Positions 21,270 through 31,355 of a stretch of 51,736 nucleotides of DNA are shown here, one piece after another; position 1 is the first letter of the stretch; the number at the start of each line of letters is the position of its first letter. Position numbers and translations under genes: made by a program. This DNA is from Segetibacter sp. (GTDB lineage Bacteria; Bacteroidota; Bacteroidia; Chitinophagales; Chitinophagaceae), in contig JAOQAJ010000045.1 in NCBI GenBank assembly GCA_025963675.1, positions 1 to 51,736 of the forward strand, in the 5' to 3' direction. The notes beneath the pieces were generated by a model, which saw only the letters and a program-made list of their open reading frames with translations, was not told the origin of the DNA and ran no database searches.

Positions 21270-22289
21270 ATGAAAACAACATTTGTAATAATTGCATTGT
21301 TATTTGCGGGTATAATTGCAAGAAGCCAGGATTTAAACTTTTCGCAGTTTTATGAGCAACCGCTTTTGCGCAATCCTGCTTTGGGTGGCATTTTCGATTG
21401 CAACTTCCGGGTAAAGTCTGTTTTTAGAAATCAATGGCAAAGCGTTACGGTTCCCTATAGAACAGGGGGCTTAAGTGCAGAAATGAAGTTTCCCGGAAAT
21501 GCAGGCAGTTGGCACAACGTGGGGTTACAATTGATGTACGATGTTGCCGGCGACAGTAAGTTGCAACGCACGATGGTTTTGCCGGGGTATAGCTTTCATG
21601 TTCAAATTGCAGAAGGCAATTACCTTTCAATGGGTGCCATGGCAGGATTCGTTAGCAGTCAATTCGACCCAACTAAACTAACGTGGGATGATCAATTTGT
21701 AAACGGACAGTATTCGTCCGTTAATCCTACCAGGCAGTTGATAAAAAATGCTAATCGAACCTATGCCGACTTTGCAATGGGTATGGTCTTTTCCCGGCCT
21801 TTGGGTGAGTTGGGGGACTTGTATGTTGGTGCAAGCATGTATCACATCAACAGGCCTGTTGTTTCGTTTGATAACGATCAAAACCATCGGCTTGACCGCA
21901 AGTATGGCATAAACGCCGGCGTGACCGTTCCTTCCGGTGGTCGTAATGCAGTTACCTTTTATGGCGATGGATTTGCGCAAGGCGGCCATCGACAAGTAAT
22001 GTTTGGAAGCTTTTATTCGTTTTCACTTGCGGACGAATACTATGATGACAAGAATAAAACAAACATTCATTTTGGTGGCGTTTATCGTTGGGACGATGCT
22101 TTCATTCCGGTAGTAAAATTAGATATAAGCCAGTTCAGCGTTGGATTGAGCTACGATGCAAACGTGTCAAAACTAAAAACTGCCTCACAAGGCAGGGGTG
22201 GTTTTGAGCTTACCCTTAGTTATCGAAACTGTTCGGTGGGCGCTGATAGAAGTGGTTTGCCATGTCCTAAATTTGGAAGTAACTTTTAG
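21270..22289 (+). CDS. PorP/SprF family type IX secretion system membrane protein
   Basis: SQDLNFSQFYEQPLLRNPALGG, FRNQW, GLSYD...S.L...GGFELTLSY motifs; adjacent to a type-B CTD substrate. Confidence 0.92.
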   Translation: MKTTFVIIALLFAGIIARSQDLNFSQFYEQPLLRNPALGGIFDCNFRVKSVFRNQWQSVTVPYRTGGLSAEMKFPGNAGSWHNVGLQLMYDVAGDSKLQRTMVLPGYSFHVQIAEGNYLSMGAMAGFVSSQFDPTKLTWDDQFVNGQYSSVNPTRQLIKNANRTYADFAMGMVFSRPLGELGDLYVGASMYHINRPVVSFDNDQNHRLDRKYGINAGVTVPSGGRNAVTFYGDGFAQGGHRQVMFGSFYSFSLADEYYDDKNKTNIHFGGVYRWDDAFIPVVKLDISQFSVGLSYDANVSKLKTASQGRGGFELTLSYRNCSVGADRSGLPCPKFGSNF

Positions 22290-22530
22290 TGATACAATTA
22301 GCAATTTCTCAAAAATGCCGCTTCTTTCTTCTATTTGATTTTATCTTTCAGCCTCCCTTTACGCCGCCGAATTCATCGTTAGTACCTTGACGTTTATTGT
22401 GTCGCGGTATTAAAAAGCGGATTCCCCCCAAAAAAAGTCGTACTGCACAATATCAGGATTTAATTTTTGTTTTAGAGGGGTAACAAATTCCAGTCATCAA
22501 TGCTGTGGTGCTAAAAGCCGTTTTTTTAAT

Positions 22531-23619
22531 ATGTTATTTAAATTATCGTTTAAAAACATCGGAATATTCGCCTTCATTTGGTTAAATATTGGTTTTGCCT
22601 TAGGGTTTACTTTTCTTATCGGACCGGTTAGATGGGCTGCTACTTACTCAAGAGAAAATAATTTTTCTGATAGTACTGAGAGCCGTTTGGTTAAAGTAGT
22701 AATACTGCTTTTTGTCATTGTTTCTTTTATAATATCAATGCTGCTGGCAACAGGCACTATTAAAGCAAAAGCAAAAGTTACCAGGATTCTAATTCCTGTT
22801 ATTTGTCTTGCTTTGGGCAGCGCCGCATTATATCAACTTCTACATCCACAAAATCTTAAAGGTCTTACAACGCAGGCAAGGGATACGGAATTTAAGCAGT
22901 TTACATTTGGTTCTTACCCCACGTTAGAGGAATTGAAAAGTTTTAAAGAGGAAGGTTATACCAGCGTTATTTCTCTGTTGCACCCGGCAGTTACTCCGTT
23001 TGAGCCAGTGTTATTAAAAGAGGAGGAAGACAATTGCCGTAAAGCTGGCCTTACGCTCATCAGCGTTCCTATGCTTCCATGGGTTAGTGAGAATAAAGAC
23101 GCGCTTGATAGAATAAGACAATTTGCAGAACATCCTCAAGGGAAATATTATGTGCATTGTTATCTTGGCAAGGATAGGGTAAATCTTGTAAAAAGATTGA
23201 TTTCCACTTATAATAAGTCAATCGTTGTAGAAGCCCCTGAAACGAAAGGCAGAAGTCTTGAAGGGATTTCACAATTTGAAAGAGGTGCGATCACAAAGAT
23301 CAGCCAGGATGTGTATTACATTCCTTATCCCACTGATGAAGAGTACAGCGGTTATATAATAGGCGGAGGTGTGCAACAAGTAGTATCTCTAATGGATCCA
23401 ACTGACCCGGAGCAAAAAACCAGGATAGATGAAGAGACCGGCTTTCTTAGAACCTATCGAATTCCATTTGAAAACATCCCTTTAGGTTCTACAAAGAACA
23501 AAAAAGAACTCGATAAACTAAAAGAGAAGATTAGCAAAATGCCAAAGCCTTTGGTTATCCATCGCTTCTTTTCGAATACTGCTGATGATCTTGCAATCAT
23601 CGACGAGCTCAAAAAATAA
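22531..23619 (+). CDS. Membrane protein with three N-terminal TM helices and tandem CX5R phosphatase-like domains
   Basis: Three hydrophobic segments; YYVHCYLGKDR (HCxxGxxR); second related domain with LVIHRFFSN lacking the Cys. Confidence 0.7.
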   Translation: MLFKLSFKNIGIFAFIWLNIGFALGFTFLIGPVRWAATYSRENNFSDSTESRLVKVVILLFVIVSFIISMLLATGTIKAKAKVTRILIPVICLALGSAALYQLLHPQNLKGLTTQARDTEFKQFTFGSYPTLEELKSFKEEGYTSVISLLHPAVTPFEPVLLKEEEDNCRKAGLTLISVPMLPWVSENKDALDRIRQFAEHPQGKYYVHCYLGKDRVNLVKRLISTYNKSIVVEAPETKGRSLEGISQFERGAITKISQDVYYIPYPTDEEYSGYIIGGGVQQVVSLMDPTDPEQKTRIDEETGFLRTYRIPFENIPLGSTKNKKELDKLKEKISKMPKPLVIHRFFSNTADDLAIIDELKK

Positions 23620-23699
23620 TAATACTTTCTAAAAATCTCCTTTAAATAGTTCGATACAACCAGCCTTTGATTCAAAATCAGGCTGAAGTATTCTTGGTT

Positions 23700-23707
23700 T
23701 ATCTTTG
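23700..23707 (+). promoter_or_regulatory. -7 promoter box upstream of the ypdA-like gene
   Basis: TATCTTTG matches TAnnTTTG. Confidence 0.55.
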
Positions 23708-23741
23708 CGCTTAATTTATAGTATTCGCGTAATTGAACCTT

Positions 23742-24758
23742 ATGTACGAACCGGAGAATAATTCAACTTTAACCAGCTCCCCTTCAGTAGCTTCGAAGTT
23801 TGATCTTGTAATAATTGGCGGCGGACCTATTGGCTTGAATTGTGGATTGGAAGCAAAAAAAGCCGGGCTTAGTTATGTTATTTTAGAAAAAGGGGCATTG
23901 GTTAATTCATTATACAATTATCCGATAAACATGTCCTTTTTCTCTACAAGCGAAAGGCTTGAGATTGGAGGGGTTCCGTTTGTATCAAACAATCCTAAAC
24001 CTACGCGTCCAGAAGCATTGGAGTATTATAGGCGTGTTGCTATATCAGGTGGGTTACATGTGAAGTTGTTTGAAGAGGTATTGAAGGTTGAAAAACAAGA
24101 TAGCGGCTTTACCGTCGTTACAACAAAACAGAATTATGCTGCGAAAAATATCATTATAGCTACCGGCTTTTATGATATTCCTTATTTGCTCAACGTTGCA
24201 GGTGAAGACCTGCCTAAGGTAAAACATTACTACAAGGACCCTCACTATTATGCCTTTCAAAAAGTATTGACAGTGGGCGCGGCCAACTCGGCGATCGATG
24301 TCGCGCTTGAAACGTGGCGAAAAGGTGCAGAGGTTACAATGGTTATCAAAGGAGATAAAATCAGTGACAGGGTAAAATATTGGGTGAAGCCTGATATCGA
24401 TAACAGAATAGCAGAGGGATCAATCAAAGCCTACTTCAATTCATCAGTGGCCGAAATAAGGGAACATGAAGTAGACATCAATACACCTGGTGGTTTGGTA
24501 ACCATTCAAAATGATTGGGTGCTTGCAATGACTGGCTATCAGCCAAACATGAAGTTTTTAAGAGACGTCGGCATTCAGTTATCTGACGATGCTGTTCTTT
24601 GCCCCACGATAAATGAAGAAACGCAGGAGACCAATGTGCCGGGAGTTTATTTAGCAGGCGTCATTTGTGGCGGTATGAACACACACAGATTGTTTATTGA
24701 AAATTCAAGGGTTCATGCCGAGAAGATTGTGAAGCATATTTGCTCTTTGCAACACTAA
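23742..24758 (+). CDS. ypdA: YpdA family putative bacillithiol disulfide reductase (FAD/NADPH)
   Basis: IIGGGPIG, EKGALVNSLYNYP..M.FFSTSERLEIG, EALEYYRRV, VKYWVKPDIDNRI, FIENSRVH. Confidence 0.9.
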   Translation: MYEPENNSTLTSSPSVASKFDLVIIGGGPIGLNCGLEAKKAGLSYVILEKGALVNSLYNYPINMSFFSTSERLEIGGVPFVSNNPKPTRPEALEYYRRVAISGGLHVKLFEEVLKVEKQDSGFTVVTTKQNYAAKNIIIATGFYDIPYLLNVAGEDLPKVKHYYKDPHYYAFQKVLTVGAANSAIDVALETWRKGAEVTMVIKGDKISDRVKYWVKPDIDNRIAEGSIKAYFNSSVAEIREHEVDINTPGGLVTIQNDWVLAMTGYQPNMKFLRDVGIQLSDDAVLCPTINEETQETNVPGVYLAGVICGGMNTHRLFIENSRVHAEKIVKHICSLQH

Positions 24759-25315
24759 AATCCGTCGTCTTTCAAAAAATGTCTCCAAATATTATTCAAC
24801 TGAAGTGAGATTTTACACTTTTCATTCAATTGAAAGTCTACTATATTGTCACAGGCTTTTGATTTATACTTGCCATCAACCAATTCACATATTTCAATTT
24901 GCCTTTTTCTCCAGTCGGCCATTATGTAGTATTTTACACCTTCCTGTTCGTAATAATCATACTTAACACCTCTGTCTTTTTCTTCCGTTGATTTTGATAA
25001 AACTTCAACAACTAATGCAGGGGGAAAGTCTAAATAAGGTTTATTGATTTTACCGCAGACAATTAAAAGATCGGGTTGAAAAATAGTGTCAGCAGAAATT
25101 TTGTAATCCAACGGCAGATAGGTTTCACAATCTGTGCATCCTTCTTCCAGCGCCCTCCGGAATTTATAATATAAATCGCCAGCCGTTTGTTGGTGGCTGG
25201 GGACTGGCATGGGGCTCATCGCAAAAGGCACACCATCGATCAATTCCCATTGCCCTTCCCAGTGAAGCCAGTCTTCATAAGTATAATGAGGTATATATTT
25301 TAAAGCTGAGGCCAT
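24755..25315 (-). CDS. Uma2 family (PD-(D/E)xK-like) endonuclease
   Basis: WELIDG...MSP.P...HQ, QPDLLIV, LVVEVLSKST...DRGVK...Y...GVKYY. Confidence 0.9.
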   Translation of the reverse strand: MASALKYIPHYTYEDWLHWEGQWELIDGVPFAMSPMPVPSHQQTAGDLYYKFRRALEEGCTDCETYLPLDYKISADTIFQPDLLIVCGKINKPYLDFPPALVVEVLSKSTEEKDRGVKYDYYEQEGVKYYIMADWRKRQIEICELVDGKYKSKACDNIVDFQLNEKCKISLQLNNIWRHFLKDDGF

Positions 25316-25343
25316 ATCTAAAATTACATCATTTTATATTCAT

Positions 25344-26690
25344 CTAAAACTCTGCCATTACACCAACATAGTTTTGCGGTGTTATATCTCTTAGTTCATT
25401 TTTCACCCCTTCGTTTACGTTCAATGTTTCAATAAACTCTTGTATATCATTTTTACTGATAGACGTCTTGCCGCGGGTCAATTCTTTTAAAGCCTCATAA
25501 GGCGACGGGTAGTTTTCGCGACGAAGGATTGTCTGGATTGCTTCAGCAACGACTGCCCAGTTATTTTCAAGGTCTTCGTTTATTTTGGCTTCGTTCAATA
25601 AAAGTTTGCCTAAGCCTTTTTCAATAGATTTTATTGCAATTAGCGTATGGGCAATTGGTACGCCGAGATTACGTAAGACAGTACTATCCGTAAGATCTCT
25701 TTGTAAACGGCTTATTGGCAGCTTCGCCGAAAGGTGCTCCAAAAGTGCATTTGCTACGCCAAGGTTTCCCTCTGCATTTTCAAAATCGATTGGGTTTACT
25801 TTATGCGGCATCGCACTGCTGCCAACTTCACCTTTTTTTGTTTTTTGCTTAAAGTATTCCATGCTGATGTATGTCCATGCATCGCGGCAAAAATCCACCA
25901 GGATGTTGTTGGTGCGTTTGATGCAATCAAAATGAGCAGCAAGGTTATCGTAATGTTCTATCTGCGTGGTGAACTGCATACGCTGCAAACCCAGTACATC
26001 TTCTACAAATTGATTTCCTAATTCTATCCAGTTTCTATTTGGATACGCGACGTTGTGCGCATTAAAATTACCGGTCGCTCCACCAAACTTTGCAGCATAG
26101 GGCACGTGCGAAAACAAGTTGACTTGATTTTGAAGCCTTTCTACAAAAACCATTATTTCCTTGCCTAATGTAGTTGGAGACGCAGGTTGCCCGTGTGTTT
26201 TGGCAAGCATAGGAATACGTTTCCATTGGACAGCCAACTCTTTGAAACTTTTTTGAAGATTCACCAATGTCGGCAAATATTCATGCTCCATACACGCCTT
26301 CCAACTTAGCGGAATGGAAGTATTATTGATGTCTTGTGATGTTAGGCCAAAATGTATCCATTCTTTTACATTTCCCACACCTGCCTTTTCAAGCTGATCT
26401 TTTAAAAAGTACTCGACGGCTTTAACGTCATGGTTCGTAATCTTTTCAATCTCTTTTATCTGTTCTGCATTTTCTACGCTGAAGTCTTCCGCTACTTTTT
26501 TAAACGCGTCCCGGCTTTTGATATCCAACTCAAAAAAATTGTTATCGGCCAAAAAGAAGAAATATTCCACTTCAACCAAAACGCGGTATTTCATTAATGC
26601 GTACTCGCTAAAATATTCGTCCAGTATTTCTACTTGGTTTCTATAACGACCATCGATTGGTGAGATGGCTGTGAGATTGGATAACTGCAT
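25344..26690 (-). CDS. purB: Adenylosuccinate lyase
   Basis: AISPIDGRY, TNHDVKAVEY, THGQPASPTT, fumarase-family signature GSSAMPHKVNPIDFEN. Confidence 0.98.
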   Translation of the reverse strand: MQLSNLTAISPIDGRYRNQVEILDEYFSEYALMKYRVLVEVEYFFFLADNNFFELDIKSRDAFKKVAEDFSVENAEQIKEIEKITNHDVKAVEYFLKDQLEKAGVGNVKEWIHFGLTSQDINNTSIPLSWKACMEHEYLPTLVNLQKSFKELAVQWKRIPMLAKTHGQPASPTTLGKEIMVFVERLQNQVNLFSHVPYAAKFGGATGNFNAHNVAYPNRNWIELGNQFVEDVLGLQRMQFTTQIEHYDNLAAHFDCIKRTNNILVDFCRDAWTYISMEYFKQKTKKGEVGSSAMPHKVNPIDFENAEGNLGVANALLEHLSAKLPISRLQRDLTDSTVLRNLGVPIAHTLIAIKSIEKGLGKLLLNEAKINEDLENNWAVVAEAIQTILRRENYPSPYEALKELTRGKTSISKNDIQEFIETLNVNEGVKNELRDITPQNYVGVMAEF

Positions 26691-26776
26691 GTATTAAAAG
26701 GCTAAATTTTGAAGTGTTTTTTGTTTTTTGTAAAAAATCTTTTGGTTGCCGGCTTTAGTAATTCTATTGATCTTTT

Positions 26777-26796
26777 CTTGCGTCGCACTCTTGTAC
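26777..26796 (-). repeat. Family A element core (TGCGACGCA subtype)
   Basis: Reverse complement gtacaagagtgcgacgcaag; tail aaagccggcaaccaaaa. Confidence 0.9.
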
Positions 26797-26809
26797 ATTT
26801 TTTATTCTA

Positions 26810-26863
26810 TTTAGCCACTAAGGCACGAAAGCACGTTTTAGACTTAGTGCCTTAGTGGCTAAA
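26810..26863. repeat. Perfect 17-bp inverted repeat between two head-to-head family A elements
   Basis: tttagccactaaggcac (26810-26826) pairs with gtgccttagtggctaaa (26847-26863); 8-nt periodicity cactaagg/cacgaaag/cac. Confidence 0.9.
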
Positions 26864-26899
26864 CCATTCGCTTAAGAAAAGTTCAATAAAGCTTTACAA

Positions 26900-26923
26900 G
26901 TACAAGTGAGTGACACAACGATG
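26900..26923 (+). repeat. Family A element core (AGTGACACA subtype)
   Basis: gtacaagtgagtgacacaacgatg; tail ggccggttacataaaa. Confidence 0.9.
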
Positions 26924-26990
26924 TTTAACAGTAGGACTAAGGCCGGTTACATAAAAATCGTTTTTCTTTGCAGCCTCAAAATTAGATGAA

Positions 26991-27728
26991 TTGAACAAGA
27001 CTATAAAGGTAGGAGCTGTAAGTTATTTGAATACTAAGCCGCTGATGTATGCATTTAAACATGGTTTTAAGATAGAGGGAATGGAGATCGTAGAGCAATA
27101 CCCGGCAAAAGTTGCATCGATGTTACTAAGCGATGAAATAGATGTTGGGCTGGTGCCCGTAGCAATTATACCAAAGTTGAAAGAACATTATATCATCAGT
27201 AATTACTGCATAGGAGCAGAGCAGGAAGTTGCATCGGTTTGTTTATTTAGTGAGGTGCCACTTGAAAAAATTGAAAAAATTATATTGGATTACCAAAGCA
27301 GAACATCAGTAGCATTGGCAAGAATATTAATAAAGAATTATTGGAAGTTGCCGGTAGTTTTTGAGGAAGCCAAAGAAAATTTCAGGGAAGAGATCAAAGG
27401 GACAACTGCGGCGGTGGTAATAGGAGACAGGGCTTTTGAGCAAAGGAAAATATCTGCATACAAATATGATTTAGCAGAAGCATGGATACAATTTACAGGG
27501 CTTCCGTTTGTGTTTGCAGCATGGGTGTCCAACAAAAAACTACCAGAAGATTTCGTAGAGCAATTTAATGAAGCAAACAAAAAAGGCCTGGAAACTATCG
27601 ATTTAGTAGTATCAGAAAATGTATCTCCGCATTACGATTTAAAGAAATATTATACGGAGAATATTAGTTATGATTTAACGGTTGAAAAGCAGAAGGGACT
27701 TGAGAAGTTTTTGTCCTTTCTCATTTGA
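26991..27728 (+). CDS. mqnA: MqnA/MqnD-family menaquinone (futalosine pathway) protein, chorismate dehydratase-like
   Basis: VGAVSYLNTKPL, DVGLVPV, VASV.LFS, SRTSVAL, IGDRA, GLPFVFAAW; TTG start. Confidence 0.8.
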   Translation: MNKTIKVGAVSYLNTKPLMYAFKHGFKIEGMEIVEQYPAKVASMLLSDEIDVGLVPVAIIPKLKEHYIISNYCIGAEQEVASVCLFSEVPLEKIEKIILDYQSRTSVALARILIKNYWKLPVVFEEAKENFREEIKGTTAAVVIGDRAFEQRKISAYKYDLAEAWIQFTGLPFVFAAWVSNKKLPEDFVEQFNEANKKGLETIDLVVSENVSPHYDLKKYYTENISYDLTVEKQKGLEKFLSFLI

Positions 27729-27742
27729 AATACTGATCGACT

Positions 27743-29245
27743 TTACTTGCTTTTAAACATTGCTTTAACCGTGTTTACTGACGTTAGTATCATTCCGTTT
27801 ATTTCTTCAGAAATTTTAGTGAAGTAAATAACAGGAACAAATATGGCCATGAAAACAGTCGTTCGAAAAATGGTATCAAAAACCGGGGATGCATTTTTAG
27901 GAAGGTAATATGTAATAGCTGTGGAAACAACTGCAATCACTATGACCAATAAATGCGTTAATGAATAAGGCTGCATCTTAAACTTGTACCAGAGAAAACC
28001 AAATCGCATTACGTTGTAGAAAGTCAGGGATATTAGTGAAGAATAGGCGGCACCAATTAAACCGTATTTTGAGATGAGCACATAGTTTAAAGGCAGTGCG
28101 AGGACTGTATAAATAACATTGGTCGTAAAATCTACTCTCCAGTAATTTGATGTTCCAATGATTTGTGAGTTTGCTCCTGTTCCAAGATCGATCAACTTAC
28201 CTACGCCCATTAACAAAACAACTATTTCTATACCTGTGAAGTCTTTTCCCAGGTAAGAACCGAGGTTATGGACGTTAAGCCAAATCACCGAAAACATAGT
28301 CAATCCTATGATGAGCAAATTGCTCACACTTTTGCTATAGATATGATTTATGTTTTTCATGTCTTTATTCTTCCACGACTCGGCGAGCACAGGAATAGTT
28401 ATCGCATTGATGCTTCTTTGGGGCACTTCCATGAGCGTGACGACATAGGTTGCAATAGTAAAAACAGCAGCATCACTTAAGCCACGTGAAGATTTTGCTG
28501 ACAATATGAAGGTGTCGACTGTGCGCGAAAGAAGGTTGAGAAACTGAGCGCCGAACACAAAAAGACCAAAATTTATCATTCGTCCTTTTAGCCGAAGTGT
28601 TACCGAACTTAAGGTAGCATTGAACTGGAATTGTTTGGTTCTTCTTATTACCACAAATAACAGCGCGGCGGGTATCAGGTACGACAGTAAAAATGCGTTG
28701 AGGAGCTGGTTTAGATTGATCAATTGAAAAGCCATCATTACCAAGAGAAAAGTAAATACAATTCTTACTACTACTTCTTTTAATGTGTTTGAAATAACGC
28801 CCTTCTTAAACGACCAGCTAAAATTTTCTAACCATAGAAATATCAGCATTGAGAAAGCAAAAGGGTAGACGAGGTAGCTATATTCTACAAAGAGTGGAGA
28901 TTTACCACTAAACTTTCTAACGATTAGATCCTTCATTGCAAATCCCACTGTACACATTATCAAAAATCCAAAAAGGCAAACCAAAAGTGTTATTAACGGA
29001 AGGTCGTTTTTTTCTGGTTTTAAGTAATTTTTATAAAAGGGGAAAAATTTATTAATTACCGGAAAAGAACCGAAAGTACACATGGTGGCAAGAGTGATAC
29101 CTGCGTCAGTGATTATCCTGGTCAATCCTATCTGCTCTGCGGTAAGAACCTTTGGAGCGATTAAAACTATATTGACTGCACCTATAGCAAAGCCAATCAT
29201 AATGACGACTGACGACTGAATGCTTTGCTTTTGAATAATGCCCAT
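27743..29245 (-). CDS. Wzx/MOP-family polysaccharide flippase
   Basis: 500 aa with many TM segments, MGIIQKQSI start, LNYVLISKYGLIGAA; last gene of the glycan cluster. Confidence 0.85.
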   Translation of the reverse strand: MGIIQKQSIQSSVVIMIGFAIGAVNIVLIAPKVLTAEQIGLTRIITDAGITLATMCTFGSFPVINKFFPFYKNYLKPEKNDLPLITLLVCLFGFLIMCTVGFAMKDLIVRKFSGKSPLFVEYSYLVYPFAFSMLIFLWLENFSWSFKKGVISNTLKEVVVRIVFTFLLVMMAFQLINLNQLLNAFLLSYLIPAALLFVVIRRTKQFQFNATLSSVTLRLKGRMINFGLFVFGAQFLNLLSRTVDTFILSAKSSRGLSDAAVFTIATYVVTLMEVPQRSINAITIPVLAESWKNKDMKNINHIYSKSVSNLLIIGLTMFSVIWLNVHNLGSYLGKDFTGIEIVVLLMGVGKLIDLGTGANSQIIGTSNYWRVDFTTNVIYTVLALPLNYVLISKYGLIGAAYSSLISLTFYNVMRFGFLWYKFKMQPYSLTHLLVIVIAVVSTAITYYLPKNASPVFDTIFRTTVFMAIFVPVIYFTKISEEINGMILTSVNTVKAMFKSK

Positions 29246-29358
29246 GGAAATTAAATATCAGCAAAACAACATAAATAAAATAAAAAGCCTGATTTTATTA
29301 TAGCGCGAGGTTTGTTGCTAAGGCGAATGTTTTGAGGGTAATTTTTAGATTGTGAAAA

Positions 29359-30486
29359 CTAATAACTGCTTTTTTTTAGTACATTTTTCGTAATAACGTT
29401 TTTGATTAATTTAAAAGGGAAAGTGAGAATGCCTAATAAAAAGTTCATGTAAAATGATGGATGATCTCCATACATTCTTCTGTTAACCTTTATATGTTTT
29501 ATAATTGCTCCAAACTCGAGATAACATAAAAGATTGTAAACAATATTTTGGGTTGTTTTAAACTGTAAAGGAATTGACTGATTAAAGCGTTTCCGTGCTG
29601 ATTGGAAATCTTTAGTTGCTTCAACTACGCAGTTCACAATTTTCGTCTCATCAAAGTCTGTCAACTCAATAACTTTTTCGACTGGCAGATTATATCTTTC
29701 AAAATCTCTTGAAATAGGATTTACCCAAACTGTGTGGGGGTTAAAAATTTGAACCATCGGCAATAGGTTGGCTGCGGTGGATGTAGTTATCCAGGTAATA
29801 CCTGATGAACAGCCAAGTAACAAAGTGCAGTGATGAGATAGCGCTGCGGTTTCCCTCAAGGTAAGAATGCTGCCATCTATTATGGCTTTGTTGGGATGAA
29901 CTATTTTATTGGCTGAAGAAAGAATAATCGCAGTATCAGAAGATACTACAACAGCTTCAGCAATTCGAACGGCAATTTCTTTGGTGATTTTTAATTGCCC
30001 GCTCTGCGGCGCAAACTCAAACAGGATGACGTTTTTGTAATTACTTAGCTGGTGCTTATCTGCAAACGCATCACTCTTTTCTACTTCCTCAGCAGTTAAT
30101 TGTAGCACAGGTGTTACCGGGACTGTAATGGGATTTGGATAAGCTCTTAAAATGCTGCTGCGAATACAACCATCATAATAGGCATTATTGGTATCGATAT
30201 TATGAACGATAAAAACTTCATCAAATACTCCTTCTCTTTTTTGCTGAATTACTTTTCTTCTAAACCTTCTGAATGCAACAACATCATTCTTTTTGATATC
30301 GACTTCCATCACTTCATCTACATAAGGATTATTAGCGATGATATTTTTACAAAAAGATGCAATAGCCCAGGTGAGGTGACATCCTGTATAGTCTTCTTTT
30401 ATTTGTCTTGCTACCGCCGTAGCATACAGGCAGTCTCCATTAGAGTATAGCTGAACAAGTAATATTTTATCTGCTTTGCCGCTCAT
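29359..30486 (-). CDS. Glycosyltransferase family 9 (heptosyltransferase-like)
   Basis: ILLVQLYSNGDCL, NNPYVDEV, TLRETAAL...LLLGCSSG, all typical of RfaF/GT9. Confidence 0.75.
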   Translation of the reverse strand: MSGKADKILLVQLYSNGDCLYATAVARQIKEDYTGCHLTWAIASFCKNIIANNPYVDEVMEVDIKKNDVVAFRRFRRKVIQQKREGVFDEVFIVHNIDTNNAYYDGCIRSSILRAYPNPITVPVTPVLQLTAEEVEKSDAFADKHQLSNYKNVILFEFAPQSGQLKITKEIAVRIAEAVVVSSDTAIILSSANKIVHPNKAIIDGSILTLRETAALSHHCTLLLGCSSGITWITTSTAANLLPMVQIFNPHTVWVNPISRDFERYNLPVEKVIELTDFDETKIVNCVVEATKDFQSARKRFNQSIPLQFKTTQNIVYNLLCYLEFGAIIKHIKVNRRMYGDHPSFYMNFLLGILTFPFKLIKNVITKNVLKKSSY

Positions 30487-30491
30487 GATTC

Positions 30492-31355
30492 TTATTGCAT
30501 CATCATTTCTGCTAACTGCTTAAATGATACTTCCGGCTTCCAGCCCAGTGAAAAAATAAGACTTGGGTCTGCAACCAGTTGACTATATTCTGCTTTAAAG
30601 TCATTTTTAAGCAATACATATTGCCGCCAATCCTTACCGATAAAAGTAAAGCACACTTCAAGCCATTGTTCGATTGAGTAACCGCGGCCTGATGCAATAT
30701 TTGCTTCCAGTACATCATCCTGGTTAATGAGGGTCCATATGCCTTTTACCACGTCCCCTGCATACGTCCATTCTTTAATCACCGATATGTCACCAATTTC
30801 TAATTTTTCAAGGCTTCCTTCGGCAATGCGCTTTGCTGCAGCCGTTATTTTTTTAGCCATATGTCGTTCTGTTCTTCCTGGACTGTCGTGGTTAAAGAAG
30901 TAGCCTACATAAACTTTTAACCCAAAAGATCGGTAGTAACGCGCAGCGTAAACACTGTGTATTCTACTGACCGAATATGCATCTCTTGCCTCAAATTCAT
31001 CTGTTTCTTTTATCGGCTTATTTCCATTTTTAAATTGCAATCCGCTTCCTGAAATAAAAACCCTGGTAGAAGGAGAGAAATTTTTAACAGCCTCGAGAAT
31101 ATTTAAGGTGCCTGTACTAATGGTAGCATGATTTTCAAATAATGCGTCGTGCCGGGTAGTTGAATTGGCGGCTAAATGGAAAATGTAATCAGGTGTTTTG
31201 TTTTTGATTAAATCAGAAACATCCTGATATTTGGTTATATCAATAAAAAATCCTGCAGATCTTGAAATGCCAATAACGGAACAACCCTCCTGTTCCAAGA
31301 GGTTTTTTAGATAATATCCATCCTGACCGTTAGCGCCAAAAATAATTGCTGTCAT
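30492..31355 (-). CDS. GDP-mannose 4,6-dehydratase-like extended SDR
   Basis: IFGANGQDGYYL, PDYIFHLAA, FNHDSP, EWTYAGD. The catalytic YxxxK appears as YSVSR, so the exact activity is uncertain. Confidence 0.75.
   Translation of the reverse strand: MTAIIFGANGQDGYYLKNLLEQEGCSVIGISRSAGFFIDITKYQDVSDLIKNKTPDYIFHLAANSTTRHDALFENHATISTGTLNILEAVKNFSPSTRVFISGSGLQFKNGNKPIKETDEFEARDAYSVSRIHSVYAARYYRSFGLKVYVGYFFNHDSPGRTERHMAKKITAAAKRIAEGSLEKLEIGDISVIKEWTYAGDVVKGIWTLINQDDVLEANIASGRGYSIEQWLEVCFTFIGKDWRQYVLLKNDFKAEYSQLVADPSLIFSLGWKPEVSFKQLAEMMMQ

Noticed and set aside
14184-22289. PKD giant protein plus PorP as a novel system
   Set aside because: This is the well-known pairing of a T9SS type-B substrate with a PorP/SprF gene in Bacteroidota.
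22290-22530. Riboswitch in the leader of the phosphatase-like gene
   Set aside because: Only a vague resemblance to c-di-GMP-type motifs, with no convincing stems by eye. An Rfam search would be needed.
26991-27728. mqnA as an anomalous orphan
   Set aside because: Futalosine-pathway genes are commonly dispersed, so the absence of partners in this window is uninformative.
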